From assembly GCA_965178125.1 (NCBI GenBank), contig OZ237745.1, positions 248,001 through 312,000 of the forward strand: a stretch of 64,000 bases of DNA, in the 5' to 3' direction. Shown here in pieces: positions 50,021-61,794 of the stretch. The position numbers were made by a program, and so were the translations under genes. A model generated the notes under the pieces. That model was not told the origin of the DNA and did no database searches. It saw only the letters and a list, made by a program, of their open reading frames with translations. Positions within the stretch are counted from its first letter, which is position 1; every line of letters begins with the position of its first letter. The stretch is from Bilabrum cf. latius. Taxonomy: Eukaryota.

Positions 50021-52960
50021 ATGGCTGGTGTTCTAGTTGCCCTTCGAGAGGTGCTTCAGGCCGGGGGCATACTGGTTGGGACTGATAAGCGATACTCCAA
50101 GGAAACACACCCCGTCGTGAAGCTTTAGGAAAGTGCGTACAGCCTATATTCTGTTCCAGCGTGCTTTCTTGACGACTCGTTGAACCAATACTGGGATTCT
50201 GGTGCCTCCAAGGTATAGCCAGCAGACACAACAGAGGCTTTGGCAGCCACTTCATTCACGCGAGTATGTACCAAAATAGAAGACGGAAAAATCCCGATTC
50301 AGCTTCCTCGACCCGATAGGCGAGACCGGCTGGATGATTACAGATTCCTTTACGCGAGCTGCATCCCCAAACCCAGTGTTACTGTCGTTGACAGCCAGGA
50401 CTCGTTGCACGCCAGTCCAAGAACCCAAGTGCATACGGATGTCTTGCAAAGTCATTCGTGGTCCGCTAATATCTGGGGCTGCAAGGCATGGCTCTTGGTT
50501 TCGCCTGCCGCAGCTTGCAAGCTATACCCCGGCATGGAAGTGGAGGAGCCCCACCCGCGAGGCCTGCCTCCGGACCAGGACCCCATACCAGACGTAACTT
50601 TGGAGTGGGATAGCGATGCAAAGGTTCTTGCCGCCTTTCAGCAGGAAGTTACGGATGCGTACAGCCGAGCGATCCCACAGGCAACCCCGCCAGCGCACCC
50701 TCCGCCAGAGGGCCACCAGACAGGCCCTAGACTGGCGGGTTCCACTGGCAAGCACAAGAGTTTTGAAAATGAAGTCTCACGCAGGCCTCCAGTAGAGCTT
50801 GCAGTAGACCCCCATCCTTTGTGCACACAGCCAGTCTGCCTCGCCGACGGGTCCATCGCGGTCGATCTTACTAGAGACAGTGGCACGGGCAACGCGATCT
50901 CAAGCAGAGCCAGCGAACGTGCTAGCCCTACAATGTGCGATGGGGCAAGCAAGGATAGTGCGCTGGGACAGGAGCGCCACCGGATGCAGGCAGTCGTGGA
51001 TGCACTCGAGCATCCGTTTTTAATCCTGCCCCCGCGGTCCAAAGCGAGCTCCCAGCCGCCTAGCGTGGCTCTAAGCGATAGTCAGGAGCGCAAGGAGACG
51101 TCGGGCAGTCCAGAAATAAAGGGTCCATCAATGGCTCATGCGCCTAGCATCGTCGTCGATAGTTGTGTTGCAGAGGCGGCGACCAGCTCTGACAGGCTTG
51201 CGCGCATTCCGCTGCTTCAGCGTATGGTGGAAGGAGCACACGACCTTCTCGATGGGCTTCCAAGCACCAGATATCCTGCAGACGCAAGCTCTGACGGCGC
51301 AAGTTCCGACAGCGCAAGCAAACAGCGAACTACTCGTCATTGTGGCATGGTTCATGAAGTTCACGACGTCATTTTGGATAGCAGCGCGAGTAGCCCGAGG
51401 TGGCCCGCTCCACTGGCTGTCTGGCTTGGTCCTCGGAGCGACAAGGAGAAAGGGACACCAAGTAGAAGAGATGAGCAGGCCGCGGATTCTTCCGAACCAC
51501 AAGCAGCGCGCCATAGTGCGGAAGCCTCTACCTCCGTGGGCGATGCAAAGTCCCCGTCGCCATCCCCGACCTCGTCAGCCACGTGTAGTCGGGTCTGGGT
51601 CCTGCAGCCGCCCGGGTGGCACATGTTCGTGCCCAGCGGGTGGCACCACCAGGTACACAACCTAACACCAGAGTCGCTGCCAGGAGCAGCAAAACGCCGT
51701 TCAACACCTTCGTTTGCGAAGTAGAAGGAATGCAGCGCGAAAGGTACAGTTGCATGCAAAGCTGCTGCCTAGCAGCCTTCCCAGCGTAGCTCTTGCAGCG
51801 TTACACCTGCACCTGCACCTGCACCTGCACCTGCACCTGCACCTGCACCTGCACCTGCACCTGCACCTGCACCTGCACCTGCACCTGCACCTGCACCTGC
51901 ACCTGCACCTGCACCATCATTAGCCCAGATGTCCAAGGACCTCGTCCTCAGTGTGAATCACAACTGGCTATCCTCTGGCTGCATCTCCTCAGCGTGGGCG
52001 CTCGTGGAACGGGAAGTCGCAACTGCTCGAAGCAACATCGGCGAGTTTGAGCTGCCGAAGGAGAAGATACAGGAGCTTGGCCGTGCCGGTGCGGACAAGC
52101 TGACTGCACCAAATAATCAGGACGGTGCTGTGGGTGATAAGGGTCGGCATAATGCGCTCAATTTGGATTGCATGTGCAGCATCGCGGCGTCGCCTTCCTT
52201 CAAGCGTGAGGAAGAACCAGCTCCCGCTCCCGCTCCCGCTCCCGCGGGTAAGCCGGTCGCAGGCTTCGACCTGGAGTTCGAGTGGCAGTGCCAGAGAATA
52301 GCAAAGGGCAGCTGCACGATGGACACTGCGGATTTTTCTAGGATGCTGCTGATCAGAGGGATGTGGGCAGTCCATTGGCTGGAACACTGGGGAGAGACCA
52401 TGGCAGTGCCTGTGGCAGGACGAGATAACGCCTCGGAATCCGGTGGAAGCTCTCCTCATTCATTGAGCAATAATGGGCGCACGGGCAGGGCAGTGCAGGT
52501 GCCGACCTGCGTGCCGCCAGGGATCGCCTGCCACTTGCCGCTGGCCCCTCCCAAGATGCGACGGCTGCTCCATCGCATTTGCAAGCACATCCGTTTCATG
52601 CAAGACACGTGTGTTCTGGTGCGGTGGGCTGAAGCGTGCTAGCAAGTTACCGCGCCCGCATCCCATTTAAAGCGTGTGTCCAGCACGGTAGATGCTTCTA
52701 GAAGCGCTCAGTCAGAGCCTAGATCCATCGCAGTTGGCGGTGTGGCAGGTGCAGAGGCAAGCGCAAGCATCGTGGCCTCAGCCGGTGGCTGGGAGAGCAA
52801 GAGCAGCCAGCGACATGAAACAGAAGAAATTGCGAGTTATGAGATCGAGTCTCCGCGGTTCTACTGCAGGATTGTACGTCCGGAAGCATGGTGGCCGCTG
52901 GAGACGGTGCGGCGTGTATTGCAGGCTGGCAGGTGCCTCGTCTAGCCAGAGAGCTTGTGA
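50021..52960 (+). CDS. JMJD4: JmjC 2-oxoglutarate/Fe(II) hydroxylase, JMJD4-like, with large insertions, ~979 aa; 5' end uncertain
   Basis: One frame through TAGs to TGA 52958-52960. FLDDSLNQYWD, DDYRFLY, HTDVLQSHSWSANIWGCKAWLL, QPPGWHMFVPSGWHHQVHNL and LSVNHNW match the JMJD4 pattern. Confidence 0.8.
51804..51911 (+). repeat. Perfect hexanucleotide microsatellite (CACCTG)18 encoding (Pro-Ala)18 inside the JmjC gene
   Basis: Directly visible; reads CCT GCA in the gene frame. Confidence 0.97.
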
Positions 52961-53143
52961 CAGCCAGCAGCTCCTAATTCCATCCAGAGTGGGTCACTAG
53001 CGATGCGATAAAATGAAATTCGATTTGAACGTGCTTGAGACTTATGGTATGGCTTGGGCGCCGCGCTATTTGCTATATGTTTGTCTCAATCGCGCACCAC
53101 TGCGGATCTGGCCGAGCGTAGCTTCGGCTAATACTGGAGCAAA

Positions 53144-53726
53144 TCATTCAGCGTGCTCCTTCTTTTCCAGCTGCTTGAGCTCCGAATTAAGCAATGGCCG
53201 ATTGGTCTGCAGCGCAATGAGTCCGCCGATCATCACGAAATTCTTCAGCATCTGAATGATGTTGGCCTGGTCATCAGGACCTTTGGGCAAGTGCATGATG
53301 AAAGTGACTGGGATCAGGTAGGCCAGCAAGGTCGGCACTGCGCAGTGCTCAAGTCCTACCAGTAGAAGAAGACCTCCAAGAACTTCCATCACAGTGGATG
53401 TGAGCAAAATGCCCCTCAGGACCATCGAAGTCTCCATGCCAAATCCGCCAGCGATTTGCTCGATAGTCGGCATCAGTCCAGCCGATTCCATCCCACCTGT
53501 GGACACCAATCATGCAAGTTAGTAGGCATTGAGGTAATCCAATGGAATCGTACAGCAATCAACGAATCATTTCGGATAGAGTTGGCAACGCCACAAACTG
53601 CAACTCACCTTTCATGTACGCCTGTGTACCGTCAAGATTCATGAACTTCATGGCTCCCATCAAAAAGATGACACTCATCAAAATGCGTGAAATCCATCGC
53701 ATACCAGAAGCTCCGACACCGCTCAT
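53144..53726 (-). CDS. DoxX/SURF4-family membrane protein; exons 53726-53609 and 53496-53144; ~156 aa
   Basis: SRILMSVIFLMGAMKFMNLDGTQAYM, EVLGGLLLLVG, YLIPVTFIMH, MLKNFVMIGGL; ends at TGA. Confidence 0.85.
53497..53608 (-). other. Spliceosomal intron (112 nt) with a canonical CTACTAAC branch-point sequence
   Basis: GTGAGT...CTACTAAC (53525-53518)...CCACAG; in-frame join YMKGGMES. Confidence 0.88.
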
Positions 53727-53895
53727 ACCTCCGTACTGCTGAAACTGCCGCCCAACCGACGTGGCCGTGGCGCCATTGCTCCGATCGAATGACCATCATG
53801 AGGCAAATTTCTGAAGATGCCACCTGGCATTGTGGCATCATTCTATGCGAATAGGGCCAGACAAAGATATGGACAAGGTGAACTGTTTGACTTAT

Positions 53896-55422
53896 TCACG
53901 ATTTACCAGGCCTGGGCGGCAGCACACCTGGCGGCAGCATGCCGCCAGACCCGGGCCCGGCACCGCCTCCAGCGCTGCCATTACCTCCAACCCCCGCGAT
54001 CCCACTCGTCACACCACCATGCATCGGACCCATAGGAGCCCCTCCATACCCAGGTGGGGGACCCATTGCGCGGGGGGGTCTGCCGAAGCCAAGGCCGGGT
54101 GGGGGCCCCATGGAGGCAGCACCGCCACCCACGCCGGCTTGCCCTCCCATCGGCATTCCCATCCCTGGCGCAAACCCCATCCCAGCCCCCATACCCATCG
54201 GTGGTCGCATCCCCATCCCCATTCCCGGCCCCATCCCCGGCCCCGGTCCCATGCCCATCCCCACGGGGGGGCCCCCATACCCACCTGGCCCCCCACCCGG
54301 CCCCGACGCAAGTGGGGGTCCAGTGCCACTGAAGCCAGCTCCATACCCGGGAGCCCCGCCCATGCCAAACGCCATGCCAGCACTGCTACTCGAGCCCTCC
54401 ATGCCAACATGCCCAGAGCCAGCACCACCGTGCGATGCAACCTGCCCAGAGCCAGCACCACCGTGCGATGCAACCTGCCCAGAGCCAGCACCACCGTGCG
54501 ATGCAACCTGCCCAGAGCCAGCACCACCGTGCGGTGCAACAGAGCCTCCACCGTAGTACCCATCGGTGGTGGGCCCCACGCCCATGCCCATGTTCATGCC
54601 CATGTCGGCTCCCATGGCTGTTGCTACACCAGTGCCCACACCACCGGCACCTGCAACCGCCACATCGGGCCGGGCAGTTGCCTGTGCCGCCACCCCTGCC
54701 AGCGCTCGGCCCGCCGATTGGGGTGCCTGCACAGGCTCATCTGGGCTAGCCGCGAACATCGTGTGCGGCTGTAGCGTCCGCTCCGGCTTTTTTGCGGCCG
54801 CCAGCATTCTCTCCGCCTGCGAACCGTGCCTCTCTCTCGAGCCGGGCTTCATGGCATACTGCACCTGGATGGGGCGGCCGCACAGGTGCCTGCCGTGCAT
54901 TGCTTCGATCGCCAAGTCTGACGATTCAAAGGTTTCGTACGAGCAAAAGCCGAATCCTCTTGAATTTCCCGTCGCAGGATCTCGTGCAATGTGCGCGTCG
55001 CCGTTGAGTGCGCCGAATGCCGAAAAGGTATCGTGAAGTACTTTCTCGTCAACCTCTGGCGACAGGCCTCCAATCCATAACTTGGCCCCCACGCCTTCAT
55101 CGCGAAAGCCTTTTCCATCACTGCTACCAGTATCACTACGAGTGACTCGAATGGGCCGTCCAAACAATCGAACCATGTTCATTACTTTGGTTGCGTACTC
55201 GGCGTCCAATTCTGTTTGATACTCGACAAAGCCGTAGCCCCTGTGCCCACCCCGGGCCGGATCCTTCGGCAATGAAACGCTTACTATTCGACCAACCTGG
55301 ACCATTAGCTCGTACAACAGGTCTTCGTCCACTTCGTCGGATATGCTTCCAACGAACACTGTGGCAGCCTAGTTGCGCTGTTCAATTATGTCGGCCCGCT
55401 TTGAGCTTCCAGACGCAGCCAT
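53896..55422 (-). CDS. SF3B4: Splicing factor 3B subunit 4 (SAP49): two RRMs and a G/P/M-rich tail, ~508 aa
   Basis: ATG 55422; EQRN(TAG)AATVFVG, GYGFVEYQTELDAEYATKVMNMVRLFGRPIRV, VGAKLWIGGLSPEVDEKVLHDTFSAFG, ERHGSQAERMLAA; ends at TGA 53898-53896. Confidence 0.96.
54411..54540 (-). repeat. 33-bp coding tandem repeat, about 4 copies, encoding VASHGGAGSGQ in the SF3B4 tail
   Basis: The + strand unit GCCCAGAGCCAGCACCACCGTGCGATGCAACCT starts at 54411, 54444, 54477 and 54510. Confidence 0.92.
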
Positions 55423-55686
55423 GATGCAAAATAAATGATATGCGTGCGCGCAATTTGTAGAAATTCGCGCGTGGATGTGGGGGTTGACTGTTGTGTCGGT
55501 GCTCATGTGACGATTGAGCTGTGGCACATCATGCGCCGTGTCCTCTTAATGTACTGTGAATTCGGTGGCTACGCTACTGCTTAAGAACAATCCCATTTTG
55601 TTAAGCTGGCCATTCCAAAGACTCGCAAGGAGCCAACACCCAGAAGGGCCAGCCGAATATTGCAAGAGCGGCAGAGGAACCAACCT

Positions 55687-57447
55687 TCACTTGCCCTCGC
55701 CGGCGGCAGCAGCCTCCGCAGCAGCAGCAGCCGCCGCCTTGGTCGGCACCTTGCCAGTGTACTCCTGCGCCTTGTCCAAAGCGCCCTGGACGTCCCCCAG
55801 CAAGTCGCTCTCCGTCTCGATTCCCACGCTCAGACGGATGAGGTCGTCGGTGAGGCCGAGCTTGGCACGGTGCGCCGGGGGAACAGAGGCGTGGGTCATG
55901 ATGGCAGGGCACTCGGCCAACGACTCTACTGCGCCCAGGCTCTCCGCCAGCACGAACACCTTGAGCTGCTCCAGGAAATGCTGCGCGCCCTCTAGCCCCC
56001 CCTCGATGTAGAAGGTCACCATGCCGCCGAACCCGCTCATCTGCTTCTTGGCCAGCTCGTGCTGCGGATGCGACTCGAGGCCGGGGTACACCACTTTCTT
56101 CACGAACGGGTGCTTCTCCAGCAGCTTGGACACCGCCATGGCATTGGACGCGTGCCTGTCCATGCGCACATGGAGCGTCTTGAGGCCCCTCAGAGCGAGG
56201 TAGGCCGCGTGCGGGCCCGCCACCGCGCCCACGCCGTTCTGCACAAACCTGAGCTTCTCGTCGAGCTCGTCGGAGCGGGTGGTCACCACGCCCATGACCA
56301 CGTCAGAGTGCCCGTTGATGTATTTGGTGACGCTAGACATGGAGAGGTCTGCTCCCAGGTCCAGGGGCTTCTGGAAGTGGGGGGACATGAAGGTGTTGTC
56401 AACCGCCAGGATCGCACCGTGCTCGTGCGTGACCTTGGCGAGCGCCTCGATGTCGCTGATCTTGAGCGTGGGGTTGGTGGGCGTCTCGACCCACACCAGC
56501 TTGGCGGGCTTGGCCTTCAGCGCGGCCTCTAGATTGGCGGGATCCGTCATGTCCACGAACTCAAATTCCATGCCGTACGTGGGAGCGGCCGTCTTGATCA
56601 TGTACCTGTGGGTTCCTCCGTACATGTCGTCCATGGCGATGATCCTGTCTCCGGACTTGAGCAGGTGCAGGATGGCGCTCGTGGCAGCCATGCCCGATGC
56701 GAAGGCGATCGAGTGCTTGCCGTTCTCGGCGGCGGCGACGGCCATCTCGAAAGCGGCACGCGTGGGGTTGTTCGTGCGCTGGTACCTGCGGGAGTGAATT
56801 CTAGAACCAGGGCATGGGGAGGAGCAGCGCATGGCCAAGCGGCGCTCTCGATCTCGATCTCGATGGGCGAATTGGGCGCTACGGGGTATGTGCTGGGAAC
56901 TCGGGATAGTGCGGCTGCTCAGCTCACTCAAATCCTTTGCCGTAGCTGTATGCCATGTCTTTTCCAGTGGCCAAGCCGGGAGTCAGCTGGGCGTATGTTG
57001 TCGCTAGAGAGATCGGTGGAGCCACTGCCCCAGTTTGTGCGTCGGGAGCCTGCGGTGTTCCAGGCGCAACCAGACAAATTTTATGCTAAACATGTATCAT
57101 TTGGGCAGAACACTAGCCCGGAAACTAGCACAGGTGGGGGTGAGACGAAGGGAACACTCGCAAGATTCACTGGCCCCAATAGCCGCAATCACACAGACAA
57201 ACCAGCGAATGTTGCATGATCTGTGCAGATCCGTACTGAGGAAATGCTACTAGATGAACTGTAGGCACGACCGCTGCTACATAAACTCTGTCTACAAGTT
57301 CACAGCAAGGCGACGTCACTCCAAGTCGTCAGCTAAAGGTTTTGTTCACCTCACCTGGCCAACGTGAATGATCTTGGTAGCAAAGCCGGCGTCAGCAAAG
57401 GCTGCATCACCGTGACCGCTGCTTCCAGATCCAGATGCGGCTGCCAT
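55687..57447 (-). CDS. CTH: Cystathionine gamma-lyase (PLP-dependent transsulfuration enzyme); exons 57447-57355, 57049-56928, 56785-55687; ~437 aa
   Basis: FATKIIHVGQ|APDAQTGAVAPPISLATTY...GFE|YQRTNNPTR, FASGMAA, VETPTNP, VDNTF, PLP-Lys motif SVTKYINGHSDV, LAESLGAVESL, LIRLSVGIE. Ends at TGA; no TAG codons. Confidence 0.93.
56786..56927 (-). other. Spliceosomal intron 2 of CTH (142 nt)
   Basis: GTGAGC...CCCGCAG; removal restores GFEYQR. Confidence 0.9.
57050..57354 (-). other. Spliceosomal intron 1 of CTH (305 nt)
   Basis: GTGAGG...ACCGCAG; removal restores IHVGQAPD. Confidence 0.88.
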
Positions 57448-57620
57448 GATGATTTACTGGTTGCTCGAAAGGATGTCGCCGCTTCGGCAGGGCAAGCGCA
57501 AATTTAATGTAACGAGCCCTTATCGGGAAATTGCAGACACGTGTATGCAAGTTCGGCAACTGAAGCATTTGCAAGGCAATTAAGGGTTGTCGAACAAATT
57601 GTATTATCTTTAGGGCTGCA
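57448..57620. promoter_or_regulatory. Putative bidirectional promoter region between the divergent CTH and PDI-like genes
   Basis: 173-nt AT-richer gap between head-to-head ATGs. Comparable divergent gaps at 18880-19098, 23867-24139 and 43314-43594. No specific element identified. Confidence 0.45.
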
Positions 57621-59177
57621 ATGTAGTCTTTGCTAGCAGTTGTTGCGCTACTATCCGCTGCATCCGTCATTTCGGCAGATGACAGCACCAGCACGGAGTC
57701 CACGGGACCAGTTCGTCTTGCTCCCGGCGAGATCATCGAATTGAGCGATAGTACATTCAATTCCACGCTTGAGACAGTAGAATACATGTTTATTGATTTC
57801 ATGTCCAAAAGCTGTGGTGTGTGCCGCAGGCTCAAGCCAGAAATTGAGGAGGCTGCCGCGGTCTTGCACCAGCAGGGCAGCTAGGCTTCGGTAGGGAGCG
57901 ATGAGTCTATTCTGAAGGGCGTGCAGTTCGTCCAAGTAAACGCGAACATTCAAGAGGAGCTATCCCTGCGGTTTGATATCAAGGCGACCCCCACTTTTAT
58001 GCTGCTGACCGGTGGCAAGGCGAAGTCTTCCAAGAAGTTTGTCATTGAGCAGCAGCCGACGTCCGGCGGGCTGGTCAGCGAGATTCGTTAGAAGCTTGGG
58101 CTAAAGCCAGTATCGAGGGTAAAATTAATTCCGGAATCTTGGAGCACAACGGACGTGTTCGGGTGGGTCTTCTGGAGGGGAGGCTCCACCGGGCGCCTGT
58201 CCACGACGCTGCTGTACTTTGCCCCTTCGGTAGATGCCACGGGCGAAGGCCCCAAGGCCGCAGCGGCGCTGGAGAGCGCGCTTCACGACCTCTCTAAGCT
58301 CCTGGGGGAGGATCCAGTTACCTCGTAGGTCAGGATCGCAGTTGTGCCCAAGTCGAGGGCAGACCTGCGCAAGGCATTCAGGCTGGGCGACGAGCCAGAG
58401 TCCATGCAGGGGCCCAGGGCGTTCCTTTACAGAGAACACGACGACCCGAAGAAGCTCGAGGTTCCCTTGGAGGTAAAGCCGACCCACGAGGAAACGGTCG
58501 GCGCGCTCGCAGCCTGGATCAGGGAACAAGACGTGCCCCTCGTCGACTTTCTCGAGGACGCGGCGGCCCTGAAGCGGTACAGGCAGAGGCAGGGCCTGGA
58601 TTTCGCCATGGTGTTCGTCCCGGAGGACGCGATCGAGATTCCTCCCGCGCGTAAGGACCTCATGAAGGACCTGGGCGAGCGGGTGAACGGCTGGGTGGAG
58701 CAGGGCTTGCTGTCCAGGGGCCAGCTTACCTTCTTGCTCGTGAACGGGCAGAAGTTCGCTGCCTGGTTCCCTGATTTTGGGCTGGAAAAGAGAGTCCTCC
58801 CAGCGATGGGGATCCACGAGCGCGGTGGGTAGCAGCTATGGGGCGAGGAGGCCGCCGCTGCCGCGCTGGAGGGGTCGCCCATCGACCGGATGTACGGGGC
58901 GGCAGGCAAGGAGGCCAAGGAGTGGGAGGCTGACGACACGGAGGCGTACAGGAGGCACAAGAAGCAGATCGAGGAGCAGAAGGCGGCAGAGGAGCACGAC
59001 GAGAAGGTAAAAAGGGGCGAGGCCACGCCCACGCCGATGCCGACTCCCAAGCCGTTCGGCAATGTGCCAGAGGTGCCACCCTCGGCGAGGGTTGAGCTGC
59101 CGTACGCCGAGATGGAGCAGCTGCTTCGGAAGCGAGCCAGCTTGGCAGAGGGCGGCAAGCGAGCGGAAGAGCTCTGA
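57621..59177 (+). CDS. ER protein disulfide isomerase / thioredoxin-fold protein, ~518 aa
   Basis: ATG TAG TCT TTG... gives signal peptide MQSLLAVVALLSAASVISA. IIELSDSTFN, FIDFMSKSCGVCRRLKPE (CxxC), RFDIKATPTF. C-terminal AEEL resembles a KDEL-type retention signal; ends at TGA. Confidence 0.82.
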
Positions 59178-59556
59178 GGTCTTTCGGGAAGAGCCGCTAG
59201 CACTTCATTGGTTGGAACGGGGCCAGCAACGTGCCGCGAACAGAGCGGTGGGTCCAGCTGCCCGCCGGGGGGGGATTTGGGCTGGCTGGCCGATTGATGG
59301 CGATGATGAGACTGCGGGGAGCTGTGCGATGAGCATGTAATTGCGGCGACCGCTCCACGTGGGTTTCATCGAATATCATTAGGGCTTTGACTACATTCGT
59401 CTGCAAGGATAGGCTATCGACAACTTGAAGGCCGTGATGCTGTGGTCGCCGCGCGTACTGCAGTGCCCGCAGATGCTTTCTGGTTCCGCTACCCTACCCG
59501 GACCTTCTCTTACAAAATTATAAGGAAATTCAGTCACGTGGAACTAAATCCTTCCC

Positions 59557-61794
59557 ATGATACTGCTTCTCATGTCTATCCTTGGCTTGGTTTATGCAAT
59601 CGAACCTGTTGCGTTCCCAGAACTGGAGTCCATGAGACAAGCACCACCAGGTACCGATGCGCAAGCTGCGTTGGTGTCGTCACATTCGATCAATGGCGAT
59701 GGTGGCGGAGGTACCTTTATTTTTGATGCTGATTCCCTGCTTCCAGATGATGATGGCTCCGTTGTAATGCCGCGGGGCGCATCACCTGGCTCGCCGGGCC
59801 GGTGGATCCGTCAAGCGAGTGGTAGATCAAAGCCTGAGTATTTTGGGGCTCGAGCCAACAATTCTACCATGGACTGCAGCTCCGCGTTTCAACGCGCATT
59901 AGACCGGTACGGTAGGGTGCAAGCCAGACCGGGCGAGTACTGGTTTCGGAACACGATTGTTATCAATACTGGATAGGTTATCGCTGGAGCATCAGTCGAC
60001 CTCACGAACCTCACACTTGCACCCGGTACCAATCAAGACCTTATCAGGTCGGCTAATTTCTCCAATTTTCACGGAAAAGCTGAGTGGTTCACGTACCAAG
60101 GTGTCCCAACGGGGTTCACGATCCGAGACGTCTCGCTCGTTGGCAACGCCGGCTTCATTACCGAGGGCGGCAACACCGCTGGCTCCGGCGTCAGAGTGTA
60201 CGCGAAGAGGTACATCCTCAAGAACGTGCTGTCCTACGGGTTTGCAGACTACTGCGTGTACTCCGAATGCGGCCAGGTGGTCGGCCAGCGGACGATGCGT
60301 GACATGCCCGAGTCCAGCATCGGTCCGCTGTGGGTCAAGGACTGCGGGGTGGCAAACCTGGGCTACTTCGGCTCGCATGATTCCATGCTAAACTACGTGC
60401 TATCGGCGGGCGGTCTCGGGGACGGCGTGCAAATCGGGCAGATCCAAGGGATCGTGACGGGCGAATCTGACGTCGGGTTCATCCACGCATATGGAGCCAA
60501 CGGGGCAGGCCTCAACATAAGCGCGGTGGTGCAGGCCAAGTACATCATCAGTGAGAGCAACCGCGGGCCCGCCTTACTATCTACGGCAAATAATCTCTTC
60601 ATCGGTATGCTGAAGGTATTCGAGAACCAGCCGCCACCGTACGCTGGATCTGCCGCCCAAGCCGTCGTGGACCTGCAGAACGACAGGGCCATGATCGGCA
60701 TGGCAGAAATCATTGGGAATTACGGCGGCCCCGTGGTACGCATCGCCGGCACCATGTCCGCCATCGAGTCGCTCAGGCTGCTGGGCGACCAGTCGCGAGG
60801 CCCTGGGCTGGTTGTGCAGGCCAACCAGGTGCGCGTGGGCGGGCAGATCGGCGAGTTTGGTACTGCTGGTCGAGTTGATGGCGAGCTAGACGTGCAGCTC
60901 GGTCAACCAGCTGCGGGACACCATTGGACCAGCAGGCCAAGCCCCTTTGCTTTTGCTGGCAGGGGTCGGGAACGAGGGCGGGAGGATCCTCTGGGCAGAC
61001 TTGTCGAGAGCGGAGAAGCAGGTGTTGCGAGTCCCAAGACACCACGGCTGTTTGGAGACAAAGCCATCCGAGGCGGTAGCTCAGGCGCGGAATAGAGCCA
61101 CGTCACCGGCCACTTGATAGCCTCCTGGACTAGGAATCTCGATGCAGCGCATAGCTCTTCAGGTGATACTGCCCCAGTTGACCCGCCGTTCGGATCGAGC
61201 GCCTGCGTGGTCCTCGGTCACCTGGCAGGCGAAAGCAGCGGTGCGGAAGGGCCACTTCCCAACATGCTGGAGCTTGACTTGGACATGATCGACTGCGATG
61301 CCTTCGTGGCTGCGCCGAACAGCACCGACAGCAAGATAACTGCTTCTCGCATTCGGATCAATGCCTACTCTGGGAATGTTTCCAGCATCGATGCGGGCCT
61401 GCTGGTGGGCGGGCCCGCCTTGTATGCCGGGTCAGACACGGAACTGTATGCCCTGGGGAGGGCAGCTGGCGGACACAGGAGGCGGACCAGGACGGGGGTC
61501 GTGCTGTCAGCTCCCGTGCCTGTGCAGGCTCCCGCGGTCATTGCGAATGTGACTGGTCTGGACCTGCTGGCAGACCCAGTGGCAGGGTAGTGCAGAGCGT
61601 GGATAGCTGGATATAATGGCTAGTGTGCAGAGCAATTTCCATCAATTTCTGCGCTCATTACGTCACCGTTAGACGGCCATGAGACCCGAGATGCCATGCA
61701 GGTTCGGGGGCACGTGGAGCAGAACAGTTGCGCAGGGTCTGTTCAGATTGCAATCCAGTGCGACGTTGGCGGCTGTGTTGAAGGTCGATCGTAA
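59557..61794 (+). CDS. Secreted beta-helix protein resembling phage tailspike / Pectate_lyase_3-type polysaccharide depolymerases, ~745 aa
   Basis: Signal peptide MILLLMSILGLVYA. GDGGGGTFIFD...DDDGSVVMP...GRWIRQ...PEYFGA...DCSSAFQRAL...PGEY motif series, then G/N/I/V-rich beta-helix-like sequence. One frame with four TAGs; ends at TAA 61792-61794. Confidence 0.7.

Noticed and set aside
51804-51911. (CACCTG)n as an interstitial telomere, E-box array, or poly-HL / poly-CT peptide ORF
   Set aside because: It lies in frame inside the JmjC gene as (Pro-Ala)18 between conserved motifs; the other frames are artefacts.
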